64,000 nt of DNA from Spirochaetia bacterium (GTDB taxonomy: Bacteria > Spirochaetota > Spirochaetia > SZUA-6 > Bin103). Shown one piece after another: positions 41,148-50,789 of the stretch. The notes under the pieces are model-generated. The model was not told the DNA's origin, made no database searches, and was given only the letters and a program-made list of their open reading frames with translations. The translations under genes were made by a program, and so were the position numbers. Within the stretch, counting starts at the first letter, position 1; each line of letters begins with the position of its first letter. The stretch is taken from NCBI GenBank assembly GCA_965203055.1, contig OZ241863.1:1344001-1408000 (forward strand), given 5' to 3'.

Positions 41148-42364
41148 CGCCGGTAGTTGACGGTGGCCGGGGCCGACCTGGCCAGGGCGGCCGCCTCGGC
41201 GCGCTGCGCGTCCCGCAGGGCGAACGCGCCCTGCATGAAGGTATGTTCGTCGCAGCGCACGTTGTTGGCCTTGAACCCGCGCCGCGGCTGGTCGCGGTGC
41301 AGGCCGCAGTCGAAGCGCACCAGGAAGGAGCGCCGGTTGGGGTAGAGCTGCTCCGGGTCGGGGATGTCGGTCACGTGCGACAGGCCCCAGCTTATGCCGC
41401 GCCCGTCGCCATTGCCGGCGAACGCATCGGGGCAGAACGGGCCGCCGGCGATGGGCGGCATCTGCACGTGCGCCTTCACCTCGAAGTTGAGCCCGTCGGG
41501 CGCGTACTGCACGGTGTCCTTTTCCGGACCGTCCATCGCCACCAGGCCGGCCACCCCGCCGCGGTAGGGCCAGTACATCGTCTCGTGGCCGGAGTTGACC
41601 ACCGGGTTCAGCTCCGACTTGACGAACGGCCCCTCCGGCCGCTCGGCGATCGCCGCGCCGCCGGCTCGAATCAGGGTCTTGCCCTCCTCGCGGTAGAGCG
41701 GAGACCCCTTGTAGTAGAGCCAATACTTGCCGCGGTAGACGATCACGAACGGATCGTGGATCGAACGACTGTCCCAGTCGCCGTCCGCGCCGAGCTCCAC
41801 CACCGGCCGGTCCAGCCGCTGCCACGGCCCCTCCGGCGAGTCGGCCCACGCCATGCTCACGTCGCAGTAGTCGCCGCGGTCGCGCCGGAACGGGCCGGTG
41901 AAGGTCTGGAAGTAGAGGTAGTAGCGGCCATTGGCGGCCAGCACGTCGCACGTGGTGGCGGCGCGGTCGCCATATTCGCCGGGCGCGGCGCGGGCGACCG
42001 CCACGCCCCGTTCCTGCCAATGGAAGCCGTCGCTGCTGGTGGCGTACCACAGATCGGCCAGGTCCCAATCCACCGCCGGCAGGTGGTCGGGGCCGTTGCC
42101 GATCCCGACCGGCTCCGATTCGGTCTCGCGGCGGGTGTACCAGACGTAGAACAGATCGCCCACCTTGATCACCGACGACGGATCGCGGCGCGATACCCGG
42201 GCGTCGCGGCCAATGCCGGTGACGCGGGAGTAGCGAAAGCTGGTGAAGAATTCGTTGCCCGGGTCCTGCAGCGGGCTCCACTGATCGTACAGCCGGTGCA
42301 TCGCCGCGGACAGCGGCCGGTCGGTCGGCTTTTGGCGCGGGGGAATCGCCGGAAACGCAGCCAT
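41144..42364 (-). CDS. GH117-like glycoside hydrolase (five-bladed beta-propeller)
   Basis: LSAAMHR, RRDPS, DWDLADLWYATSSDG, IHDP, NSGHE, RFDC. Confidence 0.82.
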   Translation of the reverse strand: MAAFPAIPPRQKPTDRPLSAAMHRLYDQWSPLQDPGNEFFTSFRYSRVTGIGRDARVSRRDPSSVIKVGDLFYVWYTRRETESEPVGIGNGPDHLPAVDWDLADLWYATSSDGFHWQERGVAVARAAPGEYGDRAATTCDVLAANGRYYLYFQTFTGPFRRDRGDYCDVSMAWADSPEGPWQRLDRPVVELGADGDWDSRSIHDPFVIVYRGKYWLYYKGSPLYREEGKTLIRAGGAAIAERPEGPFVKSELNPVVNSGHETMYWPYRGGVAGLVAMDGPEKDTVQYAPDGLNFEVKAHVQMPPIAGGPFCPDAFAGNGDGRGISWGLSHVTDIPDPEQLYPNRRSFLVRFDCGLHRDQPRRGFKANNVRCDEHTFMQGAFALRDAQRAEAAALARSAPATVNYRR

Positions 42365-42400
42365 TTCCGCCAGTGTACGAAACTGCGCGCCTTCGTCAAG

Positions 42401-42417
42401 TTGTCAACAGTTGACAA
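42401..42417. promoter_or_regulatory. Perfect palindrome TTGTCAAC-A-GTTGACAA in the divergent promoter region; probable GntR operator
   Basis: 8-bp inverted repeat containing TTGACA on both strands, between the divergent GH117 genes. A GntR gene lies in the leftward operon. Confidence 0.7.
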
Positions 42418-42447
42418 TCAACGGCCGGGGAGGCTACGCTGCCGCCC

Positions 42448-45093
42448 GTGCGCCTCGTGGACGATCGGCCCCCGCTGCCCGGCGAACCTTCGCGCAGCCT
42501 GCCGCGGGACCGGCCGCTGAGCGCCGCCAGCCGCCGGCTCTACGAGCAGTGGGGCCGGTACGGCGACTCCGCCAACGAGTTCTACACCACCTTCTCCTAT
42601 ACGCTGCTGCCCGGACTGGGGCCGCAGGAGGGGGTGACGCGGCGCGATCCGAGCGCGGTGGTGCGCGCCGGCGGCCGCTACCACGTGTGGTACACGCGCC
42701 GCGCCGGCGGCGAACCTGACCCCGCCAACCGCCCGCCCGCGGGCCGCGGCCAGCGTTGGGACGCGGCGGCCTTCGACTGGGACCTGGCGGAGATCTGGCA
42801 CGCCGCGTCGGCCGACGGGATCACTTGGCAGGAGCAGGGCCGAGCGGTGGCGCCGGGGCCGCGCGGCGCCTTCGACGGGCGCAGCGTGTTCACCCCCGGC
42901 ATCCTGGTGTGGCGCGGGCGCTACTACCTCTATTACCAGGCGGTGGGGCACCCCTACGTGCTGCGCACCCGCAACGTGATCGGTCTGGCCTGGGCGGAGT
43001 CGCCGGCCGGGCCGTGGCGGCGCCACCCGCGCCCGGTGCTGGTTCCGGGCGCGGCCGGCGAGTGGCTCGGCAGCGGCGACGGCAACGCCGTGCGCCGCTA
43101 CGGCGCCTGGGACAGTCACAAGGTGCACGACCCGCAGCCGCTGCTGCGCGCCGGCCAGGTGTGGCTCTACTACAAGGGCCAGCCGATGGGCTGGGGCACC
43201 GGCGGCGACGGCGGCATCGGCTGGGGGGTGGCGACCGCCGGCCGCCCCGAGGGGCCGTTTTGCAAGTCGCCGCTCAACCCGGTCACCAACAGCGGCCACG
43301 AGACGCTGCTGTTCCCCTACCGGGAGGGGGTGGCGGCGATCTGCAACCACGACGGCCCGGAGAAGGATACGGTGCAGTATGCGCCGGACGGCCTCAACTT
43401 CGAGGTGAAGGCGCACGTGGTGCTGCCGCCGCCCGCCGGCGCGCCGTTCGCCCCCGACCTGTTCGCCGGCGACGGCGAGGGGCGCGGCATCACCTGGGGA
43501 CTGGCCCATCTGGCGCGGGAGGAACTGAAGCGGGGCAGCTCCTACCTGATCCGCTTCGACTGCAACTTGGCGCGCGACCGGGAACGGCCCGGCTTTCGCG
43601 GTTCCAACCACCGCTTCCCGGAAGCGGTGTACTTCTCGCCCGACCTGGTGTTCAGCGGCGCCCCCGCGCCGGAAGGGGAGGGGGCGGCGGGGAGCGATGC
43701 GCCGGCGCCGGAGGGGGCGGGGAGCGATGCGCCAGCCGAGGCGGGGCAGGGCGTGCCGGGCCGGCCGTTGCCGGGGGCGCCCCGGGACGGCGCGCCTCCG
43801 CCGGCAGCGCGCGCCGCGCCGCCCGCCCCGCTGAGCGCCGCCGCGCGCCGCGTGCGGCAGGTCTACGGGGCCGCCAAGGATCAGGCCAGCGAATTCTTCT
43901 CGGCGTTCAAGTACGCGCCGGTCACCGGCATCGGCAAGCAACCGGGGGTCAGCCGGCGCGATCCGAGCAAGGTGATACGGGTAGGGGACACTTGGTACGT
44001 GTGGTACACGCGGCGCCGGTCGGCGCCGCCCGCGGGCTTCGAAGGCGCCGGCGACACGGTCCCGGTGTGGGACTGGGATCTGGGCGAAGTGTGGTACGCG
44101 ACCAGCAGCGACGGCTTCCACTGGCAGGAGCGCGGGCGGGCGGTAGCGCGCGGCCCGCGCGGCGCGTTCGACGACCGTTCGGTGCTGACCCCCGACATCC
44201 TGGTGTTCGGCGGCCGCTACTACCTCTACTATCAGGTGCTGCAGGCGCCCTACCGCCAACGCTCGCTCTACCAGCTCGGCATGGCGTGGGCCGCGGCGCC
44301 CGACGGGCCGTGGCGGCGCTGGCCGGAGCCGGTGCTGCGCGTGGGCCGGCCCGCGCCCGAGCTGCTGCCGGGCAGCGACGATCCCGATGCGCTGGCCCGG
44401 TTTGGCGCCTGGGACAGTCACAAGCTGCACGACCCCTACGTGCTGGTGCGCGGCGGCCGCATCTGGCTCTACTACAAGGGGGTCCCGTTCGGGCGCCACT
44501 ACCGGCACGACCTGGGCTGCCAATGGGGCGTGGCCTTTGCCGAGCGGCCGCAGGGGCCGTTCCTCCGCAGCCCGCTCAACCCGGTGACCAACTCCGGCCA
44601 CGAGACCTTTCTCTACCCCTACCGCGAGGGCGTGGCCGCGGTCACCAGCCTGGAGGGGCCGGAGAAGAACACCGTGCAGTACGCCCGCGACGGCCTCAAC
44701 TTCGAGGTGGTGGGCAAGGTGTCGGCGCCGCCGGTGGCCGCCGGCCCCTACGTTCCCGACGCCTTCACCGACACCGCCGACGGCGAAGGCATCACCTGGG
44801 GTCTGGCGCACCTCCATCACGGCGCGCGCGGCACCCTGCCCAACAGCTACCTGGTCCGCTTCGAGTGCAACCTGAGCCGGCGCGCGCGCCGCCGGGGCTT
44901 CTTCCGCGCCTGGAACTTCCGCTTTCCCGCGGCCGCCTACCTGCCGGACGCCCCGCCGCCGCCGGTTCCGGCGCCTCAGCCTGCCTCAGACGCCTCAGAC
45001 CGGAGTTCGTTGCCAACCGCCGCCGCCCGCGATAGAGTGCGCTCCGCAGGGTGCGGGCCGCCGAGCGGGCCGCAGAGCGCGGTCGCTCATTGA
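42448..45093 (+). CDS. Tandem two-domain GH117-like glycoside hydrolase
   Basis: Two complete motif sets (RRDPS, DWDL, HDP, NSGHE, RF(D/E)CNL) joined by a Pro/Ala/Gly-rich linker at ~43650-43830. Confidence 0.82.
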   Translation: MRLVDDRPPLPGEPSRSLPRDRPLSAASRRLYEQWGRYGDSANEFYTTFSYTLLPGLGPQEGVTRRDPSAVVRAGGRYHVWYTRRAGGEPDPANRPPAGRGQRWDAAAFDWDLAEIWHAASADGITWQEQGRAVAPGPRGAFDGRSVFTPGILVWRGRYYLYYQAVGHPYVLRTRNVIGLAWAESPAGPWRRHPRPVLVPGAAGEWLGSGDGNAVRRYGAWDSHKVHDPQPLLRAGQVWLYYKGQPMGWGTGGDGGIGWGVATAGRPEGPFCKSPLNPVTNSGHETLLFPYREGVAAICNHDGPEKDTVQYAPDGLNFEVKAHVVLPPPAGAPFAPDLFAGDGEGRGITWGLAHLAREELKRGSSYLIRFDCNLARDRERPGFRGSNHRFPEAVYFSPDLVFSGAPAPEGEGAAGSDAPAPEGAGSDAPAEAGQGVPGRPLPGAPRDGAPPPAARAAPPAPLSAAARRVRQVYGAAKDQASEFFSAFKYAPVTGIGKQPGVSRRDPSKVIRVGDTWYVWYTRRRSAPPAGFEGAGDTVPVWDWDLGEVWYATSSDGFHWQERGRAVARGPRGAFDDRSVLTPDILVFGGRYYLYYQVLQAPYRQRSLYQLGMAWAAAPDGPWRRWPEPVLRVGRPAPELLPGSDDPDALARFGAWDSHKLHDPYVLVRGGRIWLYYKGVPFGRHYRHDLGCQWGVAFAERPQGPFLRSPLNPVTNSGHETFLYPYREGVAAVTSLEGPEKNTVQYARDGLNFEVVGKVSAPPVAAGPYVPDAFTDTADGEGITWGLAHLHHGARGTLPNSYLVRFECNLSRRARRRGFFRAWNFRFPAAAYLPDAPPPPVPAPQPASDASDRSSLPTAAARDRVRSAGCGPPSGPQSAVAH

Positions 45094-45105
45094 GGCTCGA
45101 CGGCG

Positions 45106-46104
45106 GTGACGGCATACATCATTCGGCGGTTCTGCTCCATGATCCCGACGTTGTTCATCGCCACGATCGTGGTGTTCCTCCTGATCCGGCTGATGCCCGG
45201 CGACGTGATCGACACCATCATCGAGGACCTGCAGAACCGCGGTACCAACGAAGCCGCCATCGCCGCCACGCGCGCCTTCATCGAGGAGGAGCTGGGTCTG
45301 GACGTTCCGGCGCCGCTGCAGTACGCCCGCTGGCTGGGGGTGCTGCCGCAGGCCGACGGCCGGGTGAGCGGCATCCTGCAAGGCGACTTCGGGCGCTCGC
45401 TGTGGTCGAAGAAGCCGGTGCTGCAGCGCATCGGGCCGCGCTGGCCGGTCACCCTGGAGCTGGGCCTGATGGCGCTGGCGGTGAGTCAACTGATCTCGCT
45501 GCCGATCGGCATCTATTCGGCGTTGCGGCAGGACACGCTCGGCGACTACGCGGCGCGCAGCGTGGCCTTCGCGCTGATCGCGGTGCCCAACTTCTGGGTC
45601 GCCACCCTGGTGATCGTGCTGCCGTCGATCTGGTGGGGCTACACGCCGCCCCTCATGCTGGTCCGCTTCGGCGACGATCCGCTGGGCAATCTGCAGATGT
45701 TCATCCTGCCGGCGATCGTGCTGGGCATGGGCATGTCGGGCATGACGATGCGCATGACGCGCACCATGATGCTGGAGGTGCTGCGCCAGGATTACGTGCG
45801 CACGGCCTGGGCCAAGGGCCTGCGCGAGCGCCTCATCGTGGTGCGCCACGCACTCAAGAACGCGTTCATTCCGGTGGTCACCCAGATCGGATTGCTGTTG
45901 CCGCTGCTGGTCGGCGGCACCGTCATCATCGAAAACATCTTCGGTCTGCCGGGCATGGGGCAGCTCACCCTCGACGCGATCAGCAAGCGCGACTACGCCA
46001 CGGTGAGCGGGCTGATGCTGCTGGTGGCCGCGGCGATCATGGTGATCAATCTCGGCGTCGATCTGCTGTACGCCTGGCTGGACCCGAGGATTCACTATCG
46101 ATGA
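45106..46104 (+). CDS. Peptide/nickel-type ABC permease (DppB-like)
   Basis: AYIIRR, MPGD, DYVRTAWAKGL, LDPRIHY. Confidence 0.92.
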   Translation: MTAYIIRRFCSMIPTLFIATIVVFLLIRLMPGDVIDTIIEDLQNRGTNEAAIAATRAFIEEELGLDVPAPLQYARWLGVLPQADGRVSGILQGDFGRSLWSKKPVLQRIGPRWPVTLELGLMALAVSQLISLPIGIYSALRQDTLGDYAARSVAFALIAVPNFWVATLVIVLPSIWWGYTPPLMLVRFGDDPLGNLQMFILPAIVLGMGMSGMTMRMTRTMMLEVLRQDYVRTAWAKGLRERLIVVRHALKNAFIPVVTQIGLLLPLLVGGTVIIENIFGLPGMGQLTLDAISKRDYATVSGLMLLVAAAIMVINLGVDLLYAWLDPRIHYR

Positions 46105-47150
46105 GCGCCGCCGAGCCGAACCCGCTCCGCAAGCGGTCGCTCTGGATCGACGCCGGCCGCCGGCTGCTCACCGAAAAGCCGCTCGGCGCGGCGGGCGCGG
46201 TGGTGACGCTGGGACTGCTGTTCACCGGCCTGTTCGCCGAGCTGCTGGCCCCCTACGGCTTCAACGAGGTGTTCCCGGCGCAGGCGCTGTCGCCGCCGTC
46301 GGCGCAGTTCTGGCTCGGCACCGACCACATAGGGCGCGACATGCTCAGCCGGGTAATCTACGGCGCCCGCATCTCCATGATCGTCGGGCTCGCCGCCGCC
46401 GTCGTTTCCTCCCTGGTGGAGCTGGTACTGGGGATGTCGAGCGGCTATCTCGGCGGTAAGTTCGACTTGATTCTGCAGCGGGTGGTGGACGCGGTGATGG
46501 GGTTCCCCGGCCTCGTGCTGCTGGTGGTGGTGATGTCGCTGGTGGGTCCGGGAATGCTCACCATCATCATCGTGCTCGGGCTGCGCTGGGGCATCAACGG
46601 TTCGCGCATCATCCGCGGCGCGGTAATCTCGATCAAGGGCAACGTCTACGTGGACGCGGCGGTCGCCGCCGGCTGCCGTACTTCGCAGGTGCTGCTGCGC
46701 CACGTGCTGCCGCACGTCGTGGCGCCGCTGATCATCAACTTCAGCACGCGCGTGCCGGGCATCATCCTGACCGAGGCGAGTCTGAGCTTCCTCGGCTACG
46801 GCGTTCCGCCGCCGGCGCCAAGTTGGGGCGGCATGCTGAGCGGTCCCGGCCGCGAGCACATGCTGACCGCCCCCTGGATCGCGATCTGGCCCGGGGTGGC
46901 GCTCAGCATCGTGGTATATGGCATCAACATGTTCGGCGACGCGGTGCGCGACGTGCTCGATCCGCGGCTGCGCGGCGGGAGCGGCCGCTTCGGCGTCGGC
47001 TTGCGGGCGCGGCGGCGGGCGGCGCGCGCGGAAGGGGGCGCCGCACCGGGAAGTCGGGCGTTGCCCGAAAGAGACCGGGCGCTGCCCGAAGGAGACCGGG
47101 CGCTGCCCGACGGCGAGCGGGCGCGCGCCGGAGCGGCCGGACGTGGTTGA
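46101..47150 (+). CDS. Peptide/nickel-type ABC permease (DppC-like)
   Basis: LGTDHIGRDMLSR, EASLSFLGYG, GDAVRDVLDPR; ATGA overlap with the upstream gene. Confidence 0.92.
   Translation: MSAAEPNPLRKRSLWIDAGRRLLTEKPLGAAGAVVTLGLLFTGLFAELLAPYGFNEVFPAQALSPPSAQFWLGTDHIGRDMLSRVIYGARISMIVGLAAAVVSSLVELVLGMSSGYLGGKFDLILQRVVDAVMGFPGLVLLVVVMSLVGPGMLTIIIVLGLRWGINGSRIIRGAVISIKGNVYVDAAVAAGCRTSQVLLRHVLPHVVAPLIINFSTRVPGIILTEASLSFLGYGVPPPAPSWGGMLSGPGREHMLTAPWIAIWPGVALSIVVYGINMFGDAVRDVLDPRLRGGSGRFGVGLRARRRAARAEGGAAPGSRALPERDRALPEGDRALPDGERARAGAAGRG
47055..47123 (+). repeat. 21-nt tandem repeat x3 in the permease C-terminal tail (RALP(E/D)xx)
   Basis: cgggcgttgcccgaaagagac / cgggcgctgcccgaaggagac / cgggcgctgcccgacggcgag. 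Confidence 0.75.
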
Positions 47151-47211
47151 ACGAATCAGGCACTGGACTAGACTGGTATCGCGGGCAGGAGTCTCGCGAA
47201 GGAGGACATTC

Positions 47212-48963
47212 ATGCAGAGTTTGGCATGCAGGCGCATCGCGCGATGCGCGCTGCACGTGATGGCCGCGGCATTGGCCGTACTGGCCGCCGGGCCGGCGTT
47301 CGCCACCGGCGAAGAAGAGGCGGCCGCGGCAACCGGGGACGGCCCGCAGTACGGCGGCACGCTGACCGCCTTTCGCACCGACCTGGAGCCGGTCCAGGCC
47401 GACCAGACCTCGACCGTGGGCCGGGCGCCGGCGCTGGTCTTCAGTGGTCCGATCATGGACTACCTGATGATGACCGACTACGAGGGGTGCGGCCCGCGCG
47501 GCTCGGGGGTGTTTCCGAGCACCTACCCCGGCATCTACCTGACGCCGGAGCAGTGTTGGACCGGAGCCCTGGCCGAGCGCTGGGAAGCGCACGAGGACCG
47601 GATCGTGTTCCACCTGCGGCAGGGAGTGATGTGGCAGGGCAACGACGTGATCGGCTTCGAACCGCGCGAACTGGTCGCCGACGACGTGGTGTTCGCGTTG
47701 ACGCGGGCGTGGAACTCGCGGCCGACGGCGTGGACCTGGGACGGCGGCGCGATCGACAACATCGTCGCCGAGGACCGCTACACCGTCGTGGTGGAGCTGA
47801 GCCGCTTCGACCTGGAGTGGATCGTGTGGACCGCGGCCAACCCCAACGCCATCTACGCGCCGGAGGTGGTCGAGGCGGGAGCCGGCGAGTGGGAGCATCA
47901 GGCCGGGACCGGTCCGTTCCGCTTCGCCGAGTACGTCGAGGGCTCCTTCATGCGCTATGAGCGGCACGACGACTACTGGGGCAGTCCCACCATCATCGAC
48001 GGGGTGGAGTACGAGACGCCGTTCGTCGACGAGATGATCTACCTGATCATCAAGGACCTTTCGACGCGCGTGGCGGCGCTGCGCACCGGCAACCTGGACC
48101 TGTACTACTGGATGCCGGTGAAGCAGGAACAGTCGCTGGCCGAGACCGCGCCGGAGCTGGAGAAGTTCCGCTACCTGAGCTCCGGCACCCACGCGCTGGG
48201 CTTGCGCAGCGACATCGAGCCGTTCGACAACAAGCGCGTGCGCCATGCCATGTCGATGGCCCTGGACGCGAAGCAGATTGCCGATACGGTGCTGCTGGAA
48301 GCCCACACCGAGGGGATCTTCCCGATGATCGAAGGCTACCCCGGCCACATTCCGCCGGAGGAGCTGAGCCCGGAGATCCGGGCGGTCTATGAGTACCATC
48401 CGCAGCGGGCCAAGGAGATTCTGGCCGAGGAGGGCTATCCGAACGGGTTCGAGGTGACCACCATCGTGCGCGCCGCCGACACCAACAGCGTCGCCATCCT
48501 GGAGCTCGCCAAGAGCTACTGGGAGGAGGTGGGCGTCGACCTGGAGATCAACGCCCTGGAGCAGTTGGCCTATCAGACCGAGCGGCGCGCGCGCAACTAC
48601 CACGTGATTCGTTCCACCCTGCAGAATCAACGTGAAGTGGGAGCGTTCAACAAGCACTCGATCAACTTCGCGGGCGGCTGGAACGACGCGATATGGACCG
48701 ATCCGGCCTACTATGATCCACTGTTCGTGGAGACCAGCGCCACGCTCGACCTGGAGGAGCGCAACCGGAAGTGGGCGCAGCTCGCGCGGATCGTGGTGGA
48801 GGAAGCCGCCTACATTCCGCTCGGGATTCAATATGAGCTGTCGTACTGGTGGCCGTGGGTGAAGAACTACTACGGCGAGTCATCGACCACCTTCCGGTCG
48901 AGCAGCATGGTGGAGGCGGGAATCTGGATCGATCAGGCGTTGAAGCAGGAGATGGGCTACTGA
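47212..48963 (+). CDS. ABC transporter substrate-binding protein, family 5
   Basis: AGGAGG RBS, signal peptide, GPQYGGTL, GTGPFRF, PFDNKRVRHAMSMALD. Confidence 0.9.
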   Translation: MQSLACRRIARCALHVMAAALAVLAAGPAFATGEEEAAAATGDGPQYGGTLTAFRTDLEPVQADQTSTVGRAPALVFSGPIMDYLMMTDYEGCGPRGSGVFPSTYPGIYLTPEQCWTGALAERWEAHEDRIVFHLRQGVMWQGNDVIGFEPRELVADDVVFALTRAWNSRPTAWTWDGGAIDNIVAEDRYTVVVELSRFDLEWIVWTAANPNAIYAPEVVEAGAGEWEHQAGTGPFRFAEYVEGSFMRYERHDDYWGSPTIIDGVEYETPFVDEMIYLIIKDLSTRVAALRTGNLDLYYWMPVKQEQSLAETAPELEKFRYLSSGTHALGLRSDIEPFDNKRVRHAMSMALDAKQIADTVLLEAHTEGIFPMIEGYPGHIPPEELSPEIRAVYEYHPQRAKEILAEEGYPNGFEVTTIVRAADTNSVAILELAKSYWEEVGVDLEINALEQLAYQTERRARNYHVIRSTLQNQREVGAFNKHSINFAGGWNDAIWTDPAYYDPLFVETSATLDLEERNRKWAQLARIVVEEAAYIPLGIQYELSYWWPWVKNYYGESSTTFRSSSMVEAGIWIDQALKQEMGY

Positions 48964-49006
48964 GCGCCGCCGGCCGCCGGCGCCGCGCGCGGCAATCGGG
49001 CCCGCG

Positions 49007-49606
49007 ATGAGCGGTAGTCCCCGGTGGCGCGCGTGCGCCGCGGCGGCGGCCGCGGTGTGGCTGGCGGCGTGCGGCGGGCGGCAGGAGGAGCGCGCCGCGG
49101 CTTCCGAGCCGCCCGCGGCGGCCGCGGAAGGGGAGGCGGCGCCGGCCACGGAAGCCGCGCCGGCCGAGCACCCGCGGCTCGCGGTCGGCGCGGCGTACTC
49201 CACCGACGCGTTCATGGTAACGGTGCGCGGCGCCAGCGTGGTCGCCGGCTACGACTACTTCGACAAGGGCGCGGATGCGGACGCGACCAGGCAGGCGGAC
49301 CCCGGCGAGGTGTTCCTGATCGTCGATATCGAGTTCGAGTCGCTCGGCGGCTGGTCGTTGGGCACGAACGGCAACCAGCTCGCGTTGCGCGGACAGTTCA
49401 CGGTAACGGACGGCGCCGGCAACGACTATTCCTACGCGCCCTACTTCGGCGAGAAGGCGCTGGTGCTGGCGCCCCACCTGGACAAGGGGGAGAAGGTGCG
49501 CGGCGAGATCCTCTACGTCGTGCCGGAGGGGGCGGGCGGCTTGACGATCCGCTACCAGGGGCGCAAGTTTCCCCGCCCCACGCTCGCCGAATGGGCGCTC
49601 CAATGA
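49007..49606 (+). CDS. Lipoprotein, DUF4352-like immunoglobulin-fold domain
   Basis: Lipobox WLAAC; FLIVDIEFE, LDKGEKVRGEILYVVP. Confidence 0.6.
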   Translation: MSGSPRWRACAAAAAAVWLAACGGRQEERAAASEPPAAAAEGEAAPATEAAPAEHPRLAVGAAYSTDAFMVTVRGASVVAGYDYFDKGADADATRQADPGEVFLIVDIEFESLGGWSLGTNGNQLALRGQFTVTDGAGNDYSYAPYFGEKALVLAPHLDKGEKVRGEILYVVPEGAGGLTIRYQGRKFPRPTLAEWALQ

Positions 49607-49635
49607 CTACGCTGCGCCGGAGGCGCTAAGGACAG

Positions 49636-50784
49636 ATGGCTACGTTCCCCGCTCGCCTGCCGGCCCGCAAGCCGGCCGGCGTCACGCTCAGCGCGGCGAT
49701 GCACCGGCTCTACGATCTGTGGGACAGCACCGCCGAATACGACAACGAGTTCTACTCCCGGTTCAAGTACAGCGAACTGACCGGATTCCCCGACGACGGC
49801 TTCATCTCGCGGCGCGACCCCTCAAAGATCATCAAGGTGGGGGAGCGCTACTACGTGTATTACACCTGCCGCAACACCGGCACCGCGGTGGTGCCCGCGG
49901 GCGAGGACGACGCGACCCATCCCTCCACCGACTGGGACCTGGCGGATATCTGCGTGGCGGTTTCGCGCGACGGGTTCGCCTGGGACGAGCTGGGGCCGGC
50001 GCTGCGGCGGCCGGCGGGCGGGCGCTTCGGCAACCGCTCGCTGTCGACCCCGGACGTGCTGCCGTGGAACGGCCGCTACTACCTGTTCGCGCAGGTCTAC
50101 AGCGATCTGATTCGCAACGACTCGTGCCCGGTCGGGGTGGCCGTCGCCGAGCATCCCGCGGGCCCGTTCGAGCTGCTGGAGCGGGAGGTGATTCCGCTCG
50201 GCGACGCCGGAAGCTGGGACGGCAACTCGATCCACGATCCCTATCCGCTGCTCTACCGCAACCGCGTCCACCTCTACTACAAGGGGCATCCGATCAGATT
50301 CAAGTCGCCCGATACGATGTATCTCGCGCAGGGCCTGGCGATTGCGGACACCCCCGAAGGCCCGTTCGCCAAGCATCCGGCCAACCCGGTGCTCAACTCC
50401 GGGCACGAAACCATGCTGTGGCCCTACCGCGAGGGGATCGCTTCCCTGCAGATCCGCAACGGCAACGAAGGCAACACGGTGCAGTGGGCGCCGGACGGCG
50501 TGAACTTCCAGCTCAAGGCAATCGTGGACGTGCCGCCCCACGCCGGCGGTCCGTTCATCCCCGACCTGCTGGCGGACGACGGGGACGGGCGCGGCATCCT
50601 CTGGGGGCTGTGCTTCGTGCGCGCGGCGTACGCCGGCAGCTACCGCTCGCGGCTGGTGCGCTTCGACTGCAGCCTGAGCCGCGACCTGGAACGGCCGGGC
50701 TTCAAGGGCGCCCGGCAATACACCGAAGAACAGTACCTGGCGTTTCCGCTCACCGCCGCGGAACGCGCGTTCCTGGCCGGCTAG
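49636..50784 (+). CDS. GH117-like glycoside hydrolase
   Basis: LSAAMHR, RRDPSKIIK, DWDLAD, IHDP, NSGHE, RFDCSL. Confidence 0.82.
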   Translation: MATFPARLPARKPAGVTLSAAMHRLYDLWDSTAEYDNEFYSRFKYSELTGFPDDGFISRRDPSKIIKVGERYYVYYTCRNTGTAVVPAGEDDATHPSTDWDLADICVAVSRDGFAWDELGPALRRPAGGRFGNRSLSTPDVLPWNGRYYLFAQVYSDLIRNDSCPVGVAVAEHPAGPFELLEREVIPLGDAGSWDGNSIHDPYPLLYRNRVHLYYKGHPIRFKSPDTMYLAQGLAIADTPEGPFAKHPANPVLNSGHETMLWPYREGIASLQIRNGNEGNTVQWAPDGVNFQLKAIVDVPPHAGGPFIPDLLADDGDGRGILWGLCFVRAAYAGSYRSRLVRFDCSLSRDLERPGFKGARQYTEEQYLAFPLTAAERAFLAG

Positions 50785-50789
50785 TCAGG

